Assembly (NCBI GenBank): GCA_964016885.1
Contig: OZ024742.1
Location: 79,794,001-79,858,000, forward strand
Direction of reading: 5' to 3'
Length of the DNA stretch: 64,000 bases
Source: Eledone cirrhosa
Taxonomy: Eukaryota
Of this stretch, positions 1 to 12,780 are shown one piece after another (position 1 is the stretch's first letter; the number at the start of each line of letters is the position of its first letter). Below the pieces are notes generated by a model. That model worked only from the letters and a program-made list of their open reading frames with translations, did not search any database and had not been told where the DNA came from. Made by a program: the position numbers and the translations under genes.

Positions 1-419
1 TCTTTCCATCTCACTGCGCTTTGCATTCTAATTCCACATATATCAACTTTAACTTTCACCACTTCGAAGATCGGCAAATACAATTCCAGATGTTAGACAC
101 TGGAGGCATTTTCACTCTTTCTCCGGGTTTTTCTCTAGTCCACCGTGGAAGAGTTGTTTTGCTCTCAGATCAAGTGTGTGATAAGTTATGTTAGGTTAAG
201 CTGGTCATGGTTTGTTGTATATAAAGATAGCTCAGCTACGGCTTAAATCGGATGTAGAGCAATCAATGGGAGAAAGAAAGGAAGGAAGGAAACACCTTAC
301 CTATACCGGGTGGGAGTGTTAGTGGTGATATTGGCATATGTTTGATACGTTGAGAAATGAAAGATAAAGCTGATCCGAGATAGTAGTAGTAGTTGTTGTA
401 TTATTATTATTATTATTAT

Positions 420-2950
420 TACAGTTGCATTTATCTTGCTTTATGTTCATACGAGTTATCACAAAGTAACAACCAGTGACCTCAAGAGACAACAAGGTCC
501 ACCATGTACAAAAAAGAACATACATACACACACATGCATCTTTAGGTGTTTAGACTTGTGATGTACTTATATTGACAGAATCTTCCTTCGTATATGGGCA
601 GTTCCTATTAGTACAATCTTTTGTATTTCTCCTATACGTGGGTTCCCTGGGATTTGCGATAAGTAAGCATTAAACCCCTTAGGTATCATTCCTAGAGCGC
701 CTACAACCACTGGTATTGTTTTAGTTCTCAATTTCCACATTTTTTCCAATTTCTATCTCCAGGTCCTTATACTTGCTCAATTTTTCAAATGTTTTTATAT
801 ATACATTATTGTCTATTAGAACGGACATATCAATTAGCAGGCATACCCTCTTTTTAAAGTCCTTCAGTATTATATCAGGTCTATTTGCATCTATTTTTCG
901 GTCTGTTTGGATACTAAAGTTCCACAAGATTGAGATGTCATCTTTTTCAAGTATGGGAGGTGGTTGATGCTCCCACCAATTCTTTTGATGGGGCAGGTCA
1001 AAATACTTACACATTATCCAATGTATGTATTGTGCAGCTCTGTCATGCCTGTTTAGGTATTCGGTTGGAGCTATAGGACTGCACATTGAAATTATATGAT
1101 CAATGGTCTCTGGTTGTTTTTTACATACGGCATAATGGGTTGCATCCATTTTTTATTATGTTGGTGATTTTTTGTTGGCAGAGTCTGATCTTGTGCTGAT
1201 ATAGTCAGTCCTTCAGTCTCCGATTTCAGTCTAGAGGATGCCAACCACTGATGGGTTAAAGTTTTGTCAACATCAGGATTGTAAGTTCTTTCTGGGTATT
1301 TTCCATACAGATGCTTTTCTTGCCATTTCTTAGCCAGTTTCTGTAGCAATTCTTTCTTTGCAGTTACTTTTACCTGCTTTGCTTTTTCTGTGTTTTCCAT
1401 TTCAGCAGTAAATGGGACTTCTGAAATTTGTAGTCCATTACTGTATCTTTGTACATCTTTTGTAATGGAGTATGATCTTTTGATGCTTTCATGTGATTCC
1501 CTTAGATATGTAGATAATCCAATTGTTGCAGTTTTCAACGCAATATCTAACTCGATTAACCCACGTCCTCCTTCTTTCATAGGGAGATATATTCTATCTG
1601 TATCTGCCTTAGGGTGATGCATTCTGTGCATGGTTAAGAATTTTCTAATTTTTGTATCGAGCCTACGGGTCTCTGTACTTGACCAGTTGATGACATTGTA
1701 ACTGTAGATTACTACTGGTATGGCAAGCGTGTTTATGGCATCGATCCTATTCCTTGCATTCAATTCCGTTCTTAAGATTGCTCTTACACTGCGGTAACAT
1801 TCCTTCCTTATCCTTTCCCTCATTGTCGAGTGCTTGATTCCGTCTCCTTCACAAACACCTAGATATTTGTAAGTTTCCTCTTGATCAAGTTCTCTTATCA
1901 CATTCCTCCGCTCAAGATTAATGTCTGAACTTTTCAGCAGCTTTCCTCTGGTGAACGTTTCTTTGGCGCATTTATCTAGTACAAACTCCATTTTAATGTC
2001 ATCAATGACCTGCTCCACAGTGGATAATTGCCCTTGCAATTGTTCATCATTTTTTGCAAATAGTTTCAGGTCATCCATGTAGAACAAGTGATTAATGGCT
2101 TTGTCATAGACTTTATATCCATGTTTTGTTTCATTGAGCATTGGTATAAGTGCGATGCAGAATAAAAGCGGTGATAAAGTGTCACCCTGAAAAGTTCCAC
2201 AATTAATATTAACTTCTCCAGCTTCCAGTGATTTTGTTTCACTATTCAAAAGGAGTGTCGTTTTCCATGTCTTCATACTGAATGACAAGAACCTCCTGAC
2301 AACGGGAGATATTTTGAAAATCTCTAACCATTTTTCAATCCAACTGTGTGACAAACTATCGAATGCTTTTTTATAATCTATCTAAGCAATTGATAGATTT
2401 TTGTGTCTATTATGACAATCTTCCAGTATCATTTTGTAACCAAAAGCTGATCCTTACAGCCATATGAGCCTCGTTTACACCCTTTCTGCTCATTGGGAAA
2501 TAGGTAATTTGTTATCAGGTGGTCATGTGTATATTCAGTTAGGACTGATGTTAAAATTTTATACATTGTGGTCAAGCAAGTTATCGGTCTGTAATTTTTG
2601 GGATTGTTTGTCTCATCATTCTTCGGAAGCAGGAATGTAATATCGTTAACTAGCCATGATGGTATCTTTTCTGGCTCAAATATTTCATTGTAAAGTTGGG
2701 CTAACAGCTCATGAGACTCTATGAAGGCATTTATCCAAAAATTTGGTATTTTGTCTTTCGTGGGGATTTCCATTTGCTGGTTTTTCTAAGAGCCAAACGC
2801 AACTGTTCAACTGTTATATTTTCCCAAATGTGTTCCTCAAGGTGAGCTGTATCTTTCATTTGTATGTCTATCCATGGAGCATGTATATTATGAACTTTTT
2901 CTTCGGCCCAGATCTTTTCCCAGAATTCTTGCACTTCCTCCTTGTTTTAG
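420..2950 (-). mobile_element. R4/Dong-like non-LTR retrotransposon (RT + restriction-like endonuclease), 5'-truncated and disrupted
   Basis: Minus-strand ORF pieces contain RT motifs (NYRPITCL, EQKGCK, GTFQGDTLSPLLF, HLFYMDDLKL, YKYLG), a C/H knuckle (CKKQPETIDHIISMC) and an RLE motif (RHD...RPDII...IDMSV...KLSKY). The 3' end runs into (TAA)n at ~399-420, a target type known for Dong elements. Confidence 0.9.
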
Positions 2951-3554
2951 CATCGAGGCCAAAACCAAGATAATTGAAATAGCGAAAGAAAAGCAGGCGA
3001 ACTGGTCCGGATCTGGGATGGAGCTCCTGATCCAAGCGGACCATAAAAGCATTGAGGAGATCCTAGAGGTAATAGACCTCACTGACGGCAGCCACCTCAC
3101 CGTACTCGTCGAGGGCAGAAGACCTAGGTGTGTCGTTTGTGGTGAAGGAACCCACCTAAGGGCTTTCTGCCCTCAGGCTAAAAGGTTGAGGCCACCCCTC
3201 TTACCCACACCAGTGACTCAACCATCAACACCACCAGCAGCAGAAATAGCAGCAACAACTGTAGCAGCAACAACAGAAGCAACTGTAACAGCAACAACCA
3301 CAGCAACAGTAGCAAAAGCAACACCACCACCACCCAACGCGCCAGAACTAGCACCAGCGCCTACACCATCCACCACGCCACAGCCAAAACCAACGCCTGT
3401 GGAAGATTTTCCACTCCCCGGCTTATCACAACTGGAGACAGATTGTGACGACGAGGAGTGGGAAACGGTATCAGGAAAAAAGAAAAAAAGAAACCAAAAA
3501 AGAAAAATTTCTCTTCCTTCCCCCTCCAAAAACAAAATACAGAGGGAAACATAA
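2950..3554 (+). pseudogene. LINE ORF1 (gag-like zinc knuckle) remnant
   Basis: VEGRRPR-CVVCGEGTHLRAFC, then a Pro/Thr/Ala-rich linker and a basic KKKKRNQKRK patch. The annotated ORF start (2874) lies in antisense Dong sequence. Confidence 0.75.
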
Positions 3555-4078
3555 ATTATCAAACAAAAAAGTTAGGACAGATATGCCACCATCCACACCA
3601 GCATCACCAACCCCATCACCACAAACACCAACACTATCACCATCATTAACCCCAACACCACCATCACCAACACCACAAAAGTCACCAAAAAGCGTAACAG
3701 AAACAAACCCACAACAAACGCAAACAAAACAAAACATACAAAACGAAACACACTACACAGCATTAAATTTCAACATCAACCAATTATACACTACATGCAA
3801 CTCAACACAAGCATCACAGAAAAAGACTACACAACAACCCAAAAGTTCACACCACCTCCACACATACAAATCACTCGCATCACACAGAAAACATACACGA
3901 CACTAAGACAAGAAATTCCTCAAAGACATCGGAGACTTCCGACAAACACTCTCCAGGAGGATTTATAAGGACATCCTTCCGGAGGAGGCCACAAGCAGTG
4001 AAAAGGATGGACAAACAATCCTTCCTCCACGAGAAGTAAGGTAAGTGGTCTTTCCCATCTTTTCCACTCCTTCTCAAC

Positions 4079-7000
4079 ATGACCTCACTCAGAATAGGCA
4101 GCATAAATGCGCATGGCTTGGGGTCGTCATGGAAGCAGAGCAACCTGCTCAACGACCTCAGGTCACTAAACATAGATGTAGTGGCCATCAGCAAGACCAG
4201 AATCTCCGAAGCACGGGCCTTCGCACCGATCTTCGGCGGCTACGATGTGTACGCATCTCCCAGCCGTCCCGGATCGGGGGGAGAAGTTGCTGTGCATTTT
4301 CGGAGAGGTTTGGATCTCGCCATACGGGCCATCTCCCTGGACCCAGAAGGTAAGTTGGTGGTGCTAGACGTGACCAGCTGAGACGGGCAAGCTTTCAGGC
4401 TAGTGGCCGTCTATGCCTCGACGGGAGCAGGGCGGCATGATTTCTTCCGGCGTTTGGAGACCTTTCTTGGAACGTCCCGCTCTTTAGTGTTAGTGGGCGA
4501 CTGGAACGGGATCTTAGATGCACGCTGGGATTGTGTGGGATTAGAGGATAGGGGGGAGGGTGCAAGAGTCTCACCAACATGCTCAGGCGCTTTGAACTCT
4601 CTGACAGGTACCGATTGGATTTCCCTAATGTACCAATGTGGACTTGGACAAATCTCATAGGGTCATCCAGATCATATCTAGATAAAGTATTTTGTAGGGA
4701 AATAGATAGGTCTAGCATAGGCTGTCCACAATTCAAGATAGTCAGCTACACGTACCACAAATTCGTGATCTGTGTGCTTGACTTAGATAGGCTTCATAGA
4801 CGAGGACCCGTCTACTGGAAGCTAAACACGTCCTTACCAGCGCGCAAGGCCTACAGAGACCGGATTAGCGAACTAGTTAAGCGGGCGTTGACGGGGGCCA
4901 TCGTCAACAACAAGTGATGGTTTGCTCTGAAAAGAGCAATTAGAATAGAGTCCATTAGGTTTAGTAAGGCTTTAGCAATAGAGAAACATAGAGCAGAGGG
5001 AGAATTAGTTAGAAAATTATACGAGGCGCTTTGCAAAGGCATCGCGACCGACGTACTTGCGGGGAAATTGGCCCTTGACCAATTCTTCAATGCAAAGCAC
5101 GATGGCTGCGTTGTCAGAGCTAGGGTGCGTGCTCTCAGACACGAGGGGACGAAAGCCATTCAATGGGCCCGAGTGTCGGAGGCGCGTCGTGGCAACAAAG
5201 CCACGATCCGGTCTTTGGTGGACCACGACGGGCGCATGCTACTCGATCCCGGGCAAATGTGTGAAGCTTTTCAGCGCACTTCGCTCAACTGTTCGGGGGC
5301 AGCGGCGGGCCGGATCGAGGGATGGACTTTAGTGTCTACCTCGACGGACTGCCGCGGCTCGCGGTCACTGAGGCGGAGTGTTGCGAAAAGCCCATAACAG
5401 TCGCTGAAGTACGGGAGGCAATGACTGGCTGCACAAGGTGTAAATCGCCTGGTTTGGATGGTCTGCCCTATGAACTTTACGTACAAATGACAGACTTGTT
5501 CGGAGGCCCATTGGCGGACGTCTACTACAACTGGCAACAGAACGGCAGAATTCCCAGCTCTGTGAGCCGAGGAGCGGTGGCGCTGCTGAGAAAGGATCCG
5601 AACAAGGGGGATAACATAGATAATTTCAGGCCCATAACTCTGCTAAACACAGAGTTCAAGATTTTGGCCAAGTTGCTAGCAAAGAGGTTTGCGCTTGTCG
5701 TTGGTGGTCTGGTGGGAGAGGCGCAGACATGCGCCATTCCCGGCAGATCCATCCACGACAACCTCCACCTCATGCGATACATCGTAGAGAAGGTAGCTAG
5801 GGAACCTGGCACGGGTGGGTCTGTGATAAATTTAGATCAGTCGAAAGCTTTCGATAGGGTCGACCATCGTTACCTAGCGGCAGTCCTGAGGGCGGCTGGC
5901 TTTGGGCCCGTCTCCAGAGGCTGGATCGCTGCCATGCATAGCGACATCTGCTCTGTGGTGAGAGTGAAAGGTCACCTTTCGGAACCGTTCAACATCATGC
6001 GCTCGGTCCGCCAAGGATGTCCCCTCTCGTCCCTCTTGTACGTATTGATTCTCGAGCCTTTACTGCACCAACTGGAGACGTTGAGGAGGGTCCCGCGCGA
6101 ACTAGAATGCGGAAGATCCGTGTCAGCATATGCGGACGATGTCTCCGTAGTGGTGTCGAACGCCAAACACATCGAGGCGATCGGCACTACACTGGGAGAA
6201 TACGAAGCCGTGACAGGAGCAATGATCAACCAGGGAAAGTCAGTGGGACTGCAGCTCGGCACCTGGAGAGGCAGGTCCATGCCGTCCAACAGCGTCGTCG
6301 GGCGCTGCATGGACGGACCTGTTAAATTGCTAGGGGTCTGGTTCGGTCCGGACCTCCAGACGGACAAAAACTGGGACGAGGTGACGAGCAGGATGGCTTC
6401 TCTCACCCTGAAAGCTCGAGCGGAGGTGGCTAACGCGTATATCGCGTCCGTCATCTACTACCGCCTGACCGTCGTACCTTGTCCTAAGCCCCGCCTGACT
6501 GCGCTGGAGCGTTTGCTCTTTCGCTTTTTGTGGAAGGGACGCGCTCCGATGGTCAGGCGGTCCATCTGCTCTCAACACCCGCTACGTGGAGGGCTGGGCA
6601 TGCCGTGGCTGATGATGCGCAGACACGCGCTCAGGCTACGACATCTCCACCTCTTCCTCGACGGTGATCAGGTGTGGTCGCCGTTTGCTAGACACTTCTT
6701 TCCCCAGCTCGTCTCCTTGACGGAGCTGCAGTCCTGGGTCCAGCGAAGACCGAGAGGGAGCGCTTGGAGACTGGAATGTCTTCAGGCGCTCACAGCTCTC
6801 GACCAATCGGGCAATGTGATCGGTGGAAACTCCACCTTGGCCTTCTATAGAGTATTAGTGGAGGGGAAGAGCGACGTCGTACTGGGAGAAACTCTAGGCG
6901 TCGACGAAAATCAACTAGCCAATCTCTTCGGAAGGACTTTCGGGCCGGGGCCTATGGACAACTTCCAGAAATCCCTGGCCTGGCAGTGCTACCGGGGAGC

Positions 7001-7469
7001 TTTGCCAGTTCGGGATAAACTCTACCGGCATGGAGGTCCCGTCAGCCGGGCATGTCCGAGATGCGCTCAGGGCGACGAAACCGTCCTGTACGCACTCGTC
7101 CAGTGTCCGAGCATGGCTGACTTGTGGGTTTATGTCGAACACCTGCTGTCACGTGTAGGACGGATCCAGCTATCAGCTGAGTCCATCGTGAGGATTGCCC
7201 CGCCCTCTTCCTTTAGCCGGGAAGGGCAGCCAGTTTTTATCTGTCTGGTGGCCATGGCAAAATAGATAGTATGGTGGACACGTTTGAAAGGGCTGAAGAC
7301 GAGCACTTACCTCTTCGGTGATGCCCTGATTAACTTTTTCAAATTTCATTTGAAAAGGAAAATCAGGGTAGAGAGGGAAGTGCTCTCTTCCCAGCATTTT
7401 GTTGAAAGATAGTTGAGAGAAGCAAGTATGGCCCGAGTGAATGGGCCTACTCTGAGTATGTGTCTGTAA
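4079..7469 (+). pseudogene. LINE ORF2 (APE endonuclease + reverse transcriptase), frameshifted
   Basis: Consecutive ORFs 4079-4381, 4403-4660, 4579-4917, 5068-5397, 5322-7265. RT motifs KSPGLDG, FRPITLLN, LDQSKAFDRV, VRQGCPLS, AYADD. Confidence 0.9.
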
Positions 7470-7744
7470 ATTAAAGGTGGAAAACTGGGAGAGGGCACTT
7501 GCCCTGGTACCCAGGGTCACTGTGGTCTTTTAATGGGCTTTCTCCACCACAAATGTCCCTCGGAAGTCTCCCCCCTATTGGGGAATTTTTCTTTGTTATT
7601 TTTTTAGATCCTCTGTTTTTTTTACACGCAGAAATGCCCATTTGTACTGTCCTGTATTGACCTGCACTGTCCTTAATGTCTACTTTATGTAAACCCTTGT
7701 GGTTAATAAAGAAATCGTTATTATTATTATTATTATAATAAATA

Positions 7745-7780
7745 TTAGTAGTAGTAGTAATAGTGTTAGTAGCAGCAATG

Positions 7781-7852
<72 letters not shown>

Positions 7853-7868
7853 CTAGCAGTAGTAGTTT

Positions 7869-7918
<50 letters not shown>

Positions 7919-7919
7919 A

Positions 7920-7954
<35 letters not shown>

Positions 7955-8080
7955 CTAGTAGTAGTAGTAAAAGTATCAGCAGCAGCAGTAGTAGTAAAAG
8001 TAGTAGAGCAGCACTAGTAGTAGTAGTAGTCATAGTAGTAGTAGCAGCAGTAGCAGCAGCAACAGTAGTAGTATTATTAT

Positions 8081-8125
<45 letters not shown>

Positions 8126-8140
8126 CAGTAGTAGTAGTTA
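7745..8140. repeat. (TAG)n microsatellite
   Basis: Directly visible. It explains the poly-L/S/V ORFs. Confidence 0.97.
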
Positions 8141-8254
8141 TTTAAAGATGGAAGGTTTTATAATAAGTAAAAGCGGACATTACTACTTGGTAATTTACCT
8201 TCACATTAGCACTTCTCTTAAGCATCGCATAAAATATTATTGATGAGGGAGAAA

Positions 8255-8852
8255 CATCATCAACTTTTTCAAGTTTCACTTGGAAAAGAAGGTGAGGGTG
8301 GAAAGAGAAATGCTGCCCCCAGTACATTTGAAAGGTGGGTAAATGTGACGAGAATGGCCCGTGTGGGTGGGCCTACTCTGATCATGCTCCTGTAGGTAGG
8401 TGAATTTGAGGCGGTGAGGAGGTGCCCTTCCCGAGTACACTCGAAGTGTCGGGTGGTTCAGGATTGGTGGGGTACCTGAGTGAACCTTGGGTGGTCATCC
8501 CCCCTATTGGGGAAATTTCCTTGTTGTATTTTTATTGTTATTTTGTTATTGTTATTTATATTGTGGATTGGCAGTATCGGTAGAGGGCCGGACGCCATGC
8601 TTTCCAGCATAGTTACGTCCCTTTACGATCTGAGTTCAAATCCCGCCGAGGTTAACTTTGCCTTTCATCCTTACGGGGTCGATAAAACTAAAGTACCAGT
8701 AATGCACTGGGTAATTGCTGGCCTTGTGCCTAAAGTAGAAACAGTTATTTATATTGTTTACACGTTATATATGTAACCCCCCCCCCACTGTCCCTGTCTT
8801 TTGTATTTCCCCCTATATGTCAGCCCTTGTGGCCAATAAATGAAACCATTAT
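8255..8852 (+). mobile_element. 3' fragment of a Tx1-like LINE interrupted by a SINE
   Basis: 8275-8530 resembles 7340-7600 (e.g. atggcccg..tgggcctactctga, cccctattgggga). After the SINE it resumes and ends cccttgtgg..aataaa, as at 7694-7710. Confidence 0.8.
8565..8743 (+). mobile_element. tRNA-derived SINE with 14-bp TSD
   Basis: A-box-like tggcagtatcgg, B-box gagttcaaatccc, core gcctttcatccttacggggtcgataaa. gttatttatattgt is duplicated at 8551-8564 and 8744-8757. Confidence 0.9.
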
Positions 8853-9060
8853 TTGAGCGGAAACAGCCCATATATTGAAAAAGATCTTAGACATGTTGCT
8901 ATATACGAATTCATAGTACTTGTTCCAATTTTATATTACGTTGAATTTGACTTGAGTTTTTCTAAAAAATATGTACCAATATATTATTTCGGCCATGTCA
9001 TATCAAACAGCTATAACAACATCAACTACTGCTACAACTAATATTACAACAACAACAACA

Positions 9061-9095
<35 letters not shown>

Positions 9096-9355
9096 AATAT
9101 TAATGATAATAATGACTACGTTGAATTTTTAGTAGGGATATAAATGATGTTATGTATCATATGTTTTATAATAAACACATAAAAACAAATTCTGAAAAAC
9201 TAGTGTCTGGTGCTTTCAATGGACAATTAAGACAAGTTTGAAATGATCAGAGCTAGACATATATGTGTCCATTATATATAAACATATCGTATGTTTTCAT
9301 ATACCCCGCTAATGTAATGCACATTATGTTAGTGTTACTAACAGACGTACACATT

Positions 9356-9449
<94 letters not shown>

Positions 9450-9451
<2 letters not shown>

Positions 9452-10500
9452 AAAATAACAGATTAAAGTTTAAGCAAAGAATCGCTGCTTTCACCCTTAA
9501 CGGTATCTTCTGAAACTAAAAAAGTGAATGTGAACGCAGAAATAAATATTAAAAAAAACGTTGCAACCGGAGGAAGACAGGAAGACGATACTTTGGTTCG
9601 TGGAAACGTTCCCTATACAAATAAGTAATGGTATAAACATAACATATACTTAGCTACCACATCAAGACGTAAAATATCCGCGTATAGTTCGTACTATCCG
9701 TTAGGGTATAATATGGGCCTGTAATACAGGAATGTTTTGAGCAATTTATGTTTACAAGCCGGAACTGCCTCAGATTTTTTGTTTAAGATGTGGTCTTTGA
9801 CGTAGAGTATTTCCCGGGCCTCAGCCGCGTAGAGGTCACATGTTTTTTTATTTCCGTTATACGATCTAGCCCTAGCTAGGATTTCCCAGTGTAACTTATA
9901 TTGAGTGTGGTTGTCTTTTAGACTCCAGATATAAGCTGAAAGTGACGTCATATTCCTTCTTAAAGGGTTAAGAAAAGAATGGGTGTGCATGTAAAGAGAC
10001 GTTGCTTGAATCTATTGGCGGTTAACCCTATGTAGGCCCAACGGGACGTGGGTGTTTTAACCTTACATTTGTAGACAATGTTACTAGAGAGGCATTTCCC
10101 GGATAAAGAGCAGTCAAACCGATTCCTACAATTTCAGTTAGTACTAGCTACAGGGTTGCACGTGTTCATTCGGCTAGGTAGCTAACTAAATTTGAAGCTG
10201 TGATGTTAGGAGTCATAGAGTAAGAAATTTTAATGGTATTTCAATTAAAAATTTTACTATATTTATGTGCTGGGGAAATGCTTCATAATAAGGGAGAGAA
10301 AGATGTTAGCTAATATTTATTTCTGCGTTCACAGATTGACTCTTTTAGTTTCAGAAGATCCCGATAAGGGTGAAAGCAGCGATTTATTGCTTAATCTTTA
10401 ATCTGTTATTTTAATAAATATTTGCTCTACGGTTCTTATATATTTGATATATATTTTTCCTTGTCGAGACCTCTTTGGATTTTAGTCTTCAAATTTATTA
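9450..10500 (-). mobile_element. Penelope-like element 3' fragment (GIY-YIG) with inverted 5' pLTR copy
   Basis: Minus strand reads NIVYKC..WAYIG..FKQR, then ORF 9694-9990 (LSAYIWSLKD..WEIL..CDL..E). 9450-9552 is the reverse complement of ~10312-10413. (TA)n on both sides. Confidence 0.85.
10347..10397 (+). ncRNA. Hammerhead ribozyme, variant core CAGAAGA (second copy on - strand at ~9467-9517)
   Basis: agttt-CAGAAGA-tcccgataagggt-GAAA-gca..tg-CUU. In the minus copy stem I agttt/aaact pairs fully. Confidence 0.6.
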
Positions 10501-10504
10501 TTAT

Positions 10505-10547
<43 letters not shown>

Positions 10548-10550
<3 letters not shown>

Positions 10551-12780
10551 AATGAATAATAACTGGTAGACATCATAAAAGGGTAATTTATTCCGTGTGT
10601 TTACAAGTGTTTACACGGTGGTACTACAGCCTGATTATGCTATGTGCAAATTCACAAGTACTTGCAGAACTCAAATATCCAATGCTGTGACCACTCGGCG
10701 GAGGTCACGGATCTCGTGGGAATTTACATAGCCCACATATTACATAGTAAATTTAGTAATCTACAGGGGGGGATATACAGAGATGACGGGCTCTTATTAG
10801 TTAATAACTTGAATAACCAAAATCTTGAAAGGCTACGGAAAAATATTAGAAAATCTTTTAGTGAACTGGGTCTAAAAATAACATACGAATACAATCTTAA
10901 AGTAGTAAACTTTCTGGACGTAACTCTTAATTTAAATACCGGACAGATACGACCCTTCCACAAGGTGAATGAGAACCTTACGTATATCAACTTTAACTCA
11001 AACCACCCACTCTCCATGATGAAATCAGTTCCCCGGAGTATTTCTCTTAGAATCTCTCGCCTATCGTCTAACTCTGATATTTTTAGTGAACACGCTGAAT
11101 ACTACAATAATGCATTAAGGAATGCCGACCACCGGGATACAATAGAATACATTGATAGGAATTTCCATAACACATATAGCTCTACACGAAATCAAGGAAT
11201 ACGTAACCGGGGGACTAAAATACAAGCACACACACACAGTACTACAGACATACTAATAATAGAAAATCACCACCAAATAAATCACGTTGTAGAAAGTATA
11301 TCTGGTACAATCCTATTTTTAATGCCTTGATTAGTACAAAACTATCTCTTTCATTCTTTAAGTTAATCAACAAACACTTCCCTAGTTCCCATAAATACAG
11401 CAACATTCTGAACTCTAAAACTATTAGATAATCATACTCCACGGCACCAAACCTTGAAGCATACATTAAAAAACTTAACTTAAGGCAATTAAACAACTCT
11501 ACAAAACAAAACATTTTAGTAACAGATGGGCAGAACGCAATATCTGCCTCCCAACCACTAAATGGGAGACGGGTATTACACAACCCACCTGTACCGCTAT
11601 CACAACCTATCCATGGTATACCCGCTACCCACAACAAAGAATGTAACTGCCATCTACCTGAAAGATGTCCATTGAAGAATGAATGCCTAAAGTCCAACAT
11701 TGTTTACCAATGCACGGATGAATCGAACGACCAGAAATGGTATTATATCGGATCTACCACCACCTCGTTTAAATCTCGCTGGTACCGTCATCGATTCTCA
11801 ATCAAACATCCTAATCACCGTTTTGTGACCACGCTCGCCAACAAGACCTGGCAACTCCGTGAACACAACCAACAGTTCACCTTAAAATGGGATATACTTT
11901 CCAGCGCAAGTGCATATCGGAGTGGATTGAAGTACTGCAGGTTATGTAACCTTGAGCTCTTTTACAAATTAAAATCCAAAAACAAACTACTTAACTATAG
12001 AATTGAATGATCATTATACTGCAACCACAAACTAAAAGCTAAATTCTCTCACTATAAAATAACTTAACATTCGAACCCGTAACTATAACACCGCTTTCTA
12101 TTAACCACCTTCTCTTCCCCCCACACTACAAGACAATACACTGCTTATCACTATAAATGGTAACTCAGTGCAATTCCTAGATTACTACAACAAACCCAAA
12201 GTTCACTCACCACACAAACTTCGTCTGTCCCTCTCTACCTCTCTCTCTACATCCATTACACTCTCTGTCGCTCGCCTTTGGCCTTCCTACCTCTCAACAT
12301 CTATGAACCTGCCCTCTGGGGCAATAAATAATTCCGACCTTAACTATCAACGCATCTCTCCAAAAGTAACCAGTATAATAAAACACCTACCATAACATTT
12401 TGATTAAGATATCTACAAACCACTCTCTCCTACTTCTCCAACCTCTGCATATCTTTCTCTCTCTCTCTCCCTCTCCCCTACTTTTCTCTCTTCCTTTTCT
12501 ACTCTATCTTCCCCAACAACCCCACTTAAGGGTATTTACATTGTACATTTTACCATTCTGCTCTGAGGAAACAGTGGTCACAGCATTGGATATTTGAGTT
12601 CTGCAAGTACTTGTGAATTTGCACATAGCATAACTAGGCTGTAGTACCACCGTGGAAACACTTGTAAGCACACGGAATAAATTACCTTTTTATGATGTCT
12701 ACCTGTTATTATTCATTCTTTATATACACTCCGGAATACAGAAGGATCAGGAACTAAGTTTCTTCAACAATTCTTCCATA
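10548..12780 (+). mobile_element. Penelope-like (Naiad-like) element, 5'-truncated in RT, with inverted pLTR fragment at the 5' end
   Basis: RT (SAEVTDL, GGIYRDDGL, VNFLDVTL, SNHP), linker ECNCHLPERCPL, GIY-YIG (NIVYQC..WYYIG..FKSR). 10548-10695 is the reverse complement of ~12573-12720. Confidence 0.92.
12559..12670 (+). ncRNA. Type I hammerhead ribozyme in pLTR, long stem II insertion
   Basis: tgct-CTGAGGA(12563)-acagtggt...accaccgt-GAAA(12655)-C-actt-GUA-agca; AATAAA at 12676. Confidence 0.8.

Larger units (their letters stand above)
2950..7730 (+). mobile_element. Tx1/L1-like LINE, 5'-truncated within ORF1, ORF2 disrupted
   Basis: ORF1 remnant with gag-type CX2CX4HX4C knuckle. ORF2 from ATG 4079 has APE endonuclease motifs (SINAHGL, VGDWNG, SYLDKV), then RT and a C-terminal CPRC. 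AATAAA at ~7705 is followed by a (TTA)n tail. Confidence 0.92.

Noticed and set aside
7680-8145. Poly-L/S/V ORFs, and the many YI/HT/CV-repeat ORFs elsewhere in the window
   Set aside because: They are translations of microsatellites, not genes.
12008-12010. In-frame TGA in the PLE GIY-YIG tail as selenocysteine
   Set aside because: It aligns to Leu in the 32290 element (IELSLYCNH), so it is an ordinary nonsense change.
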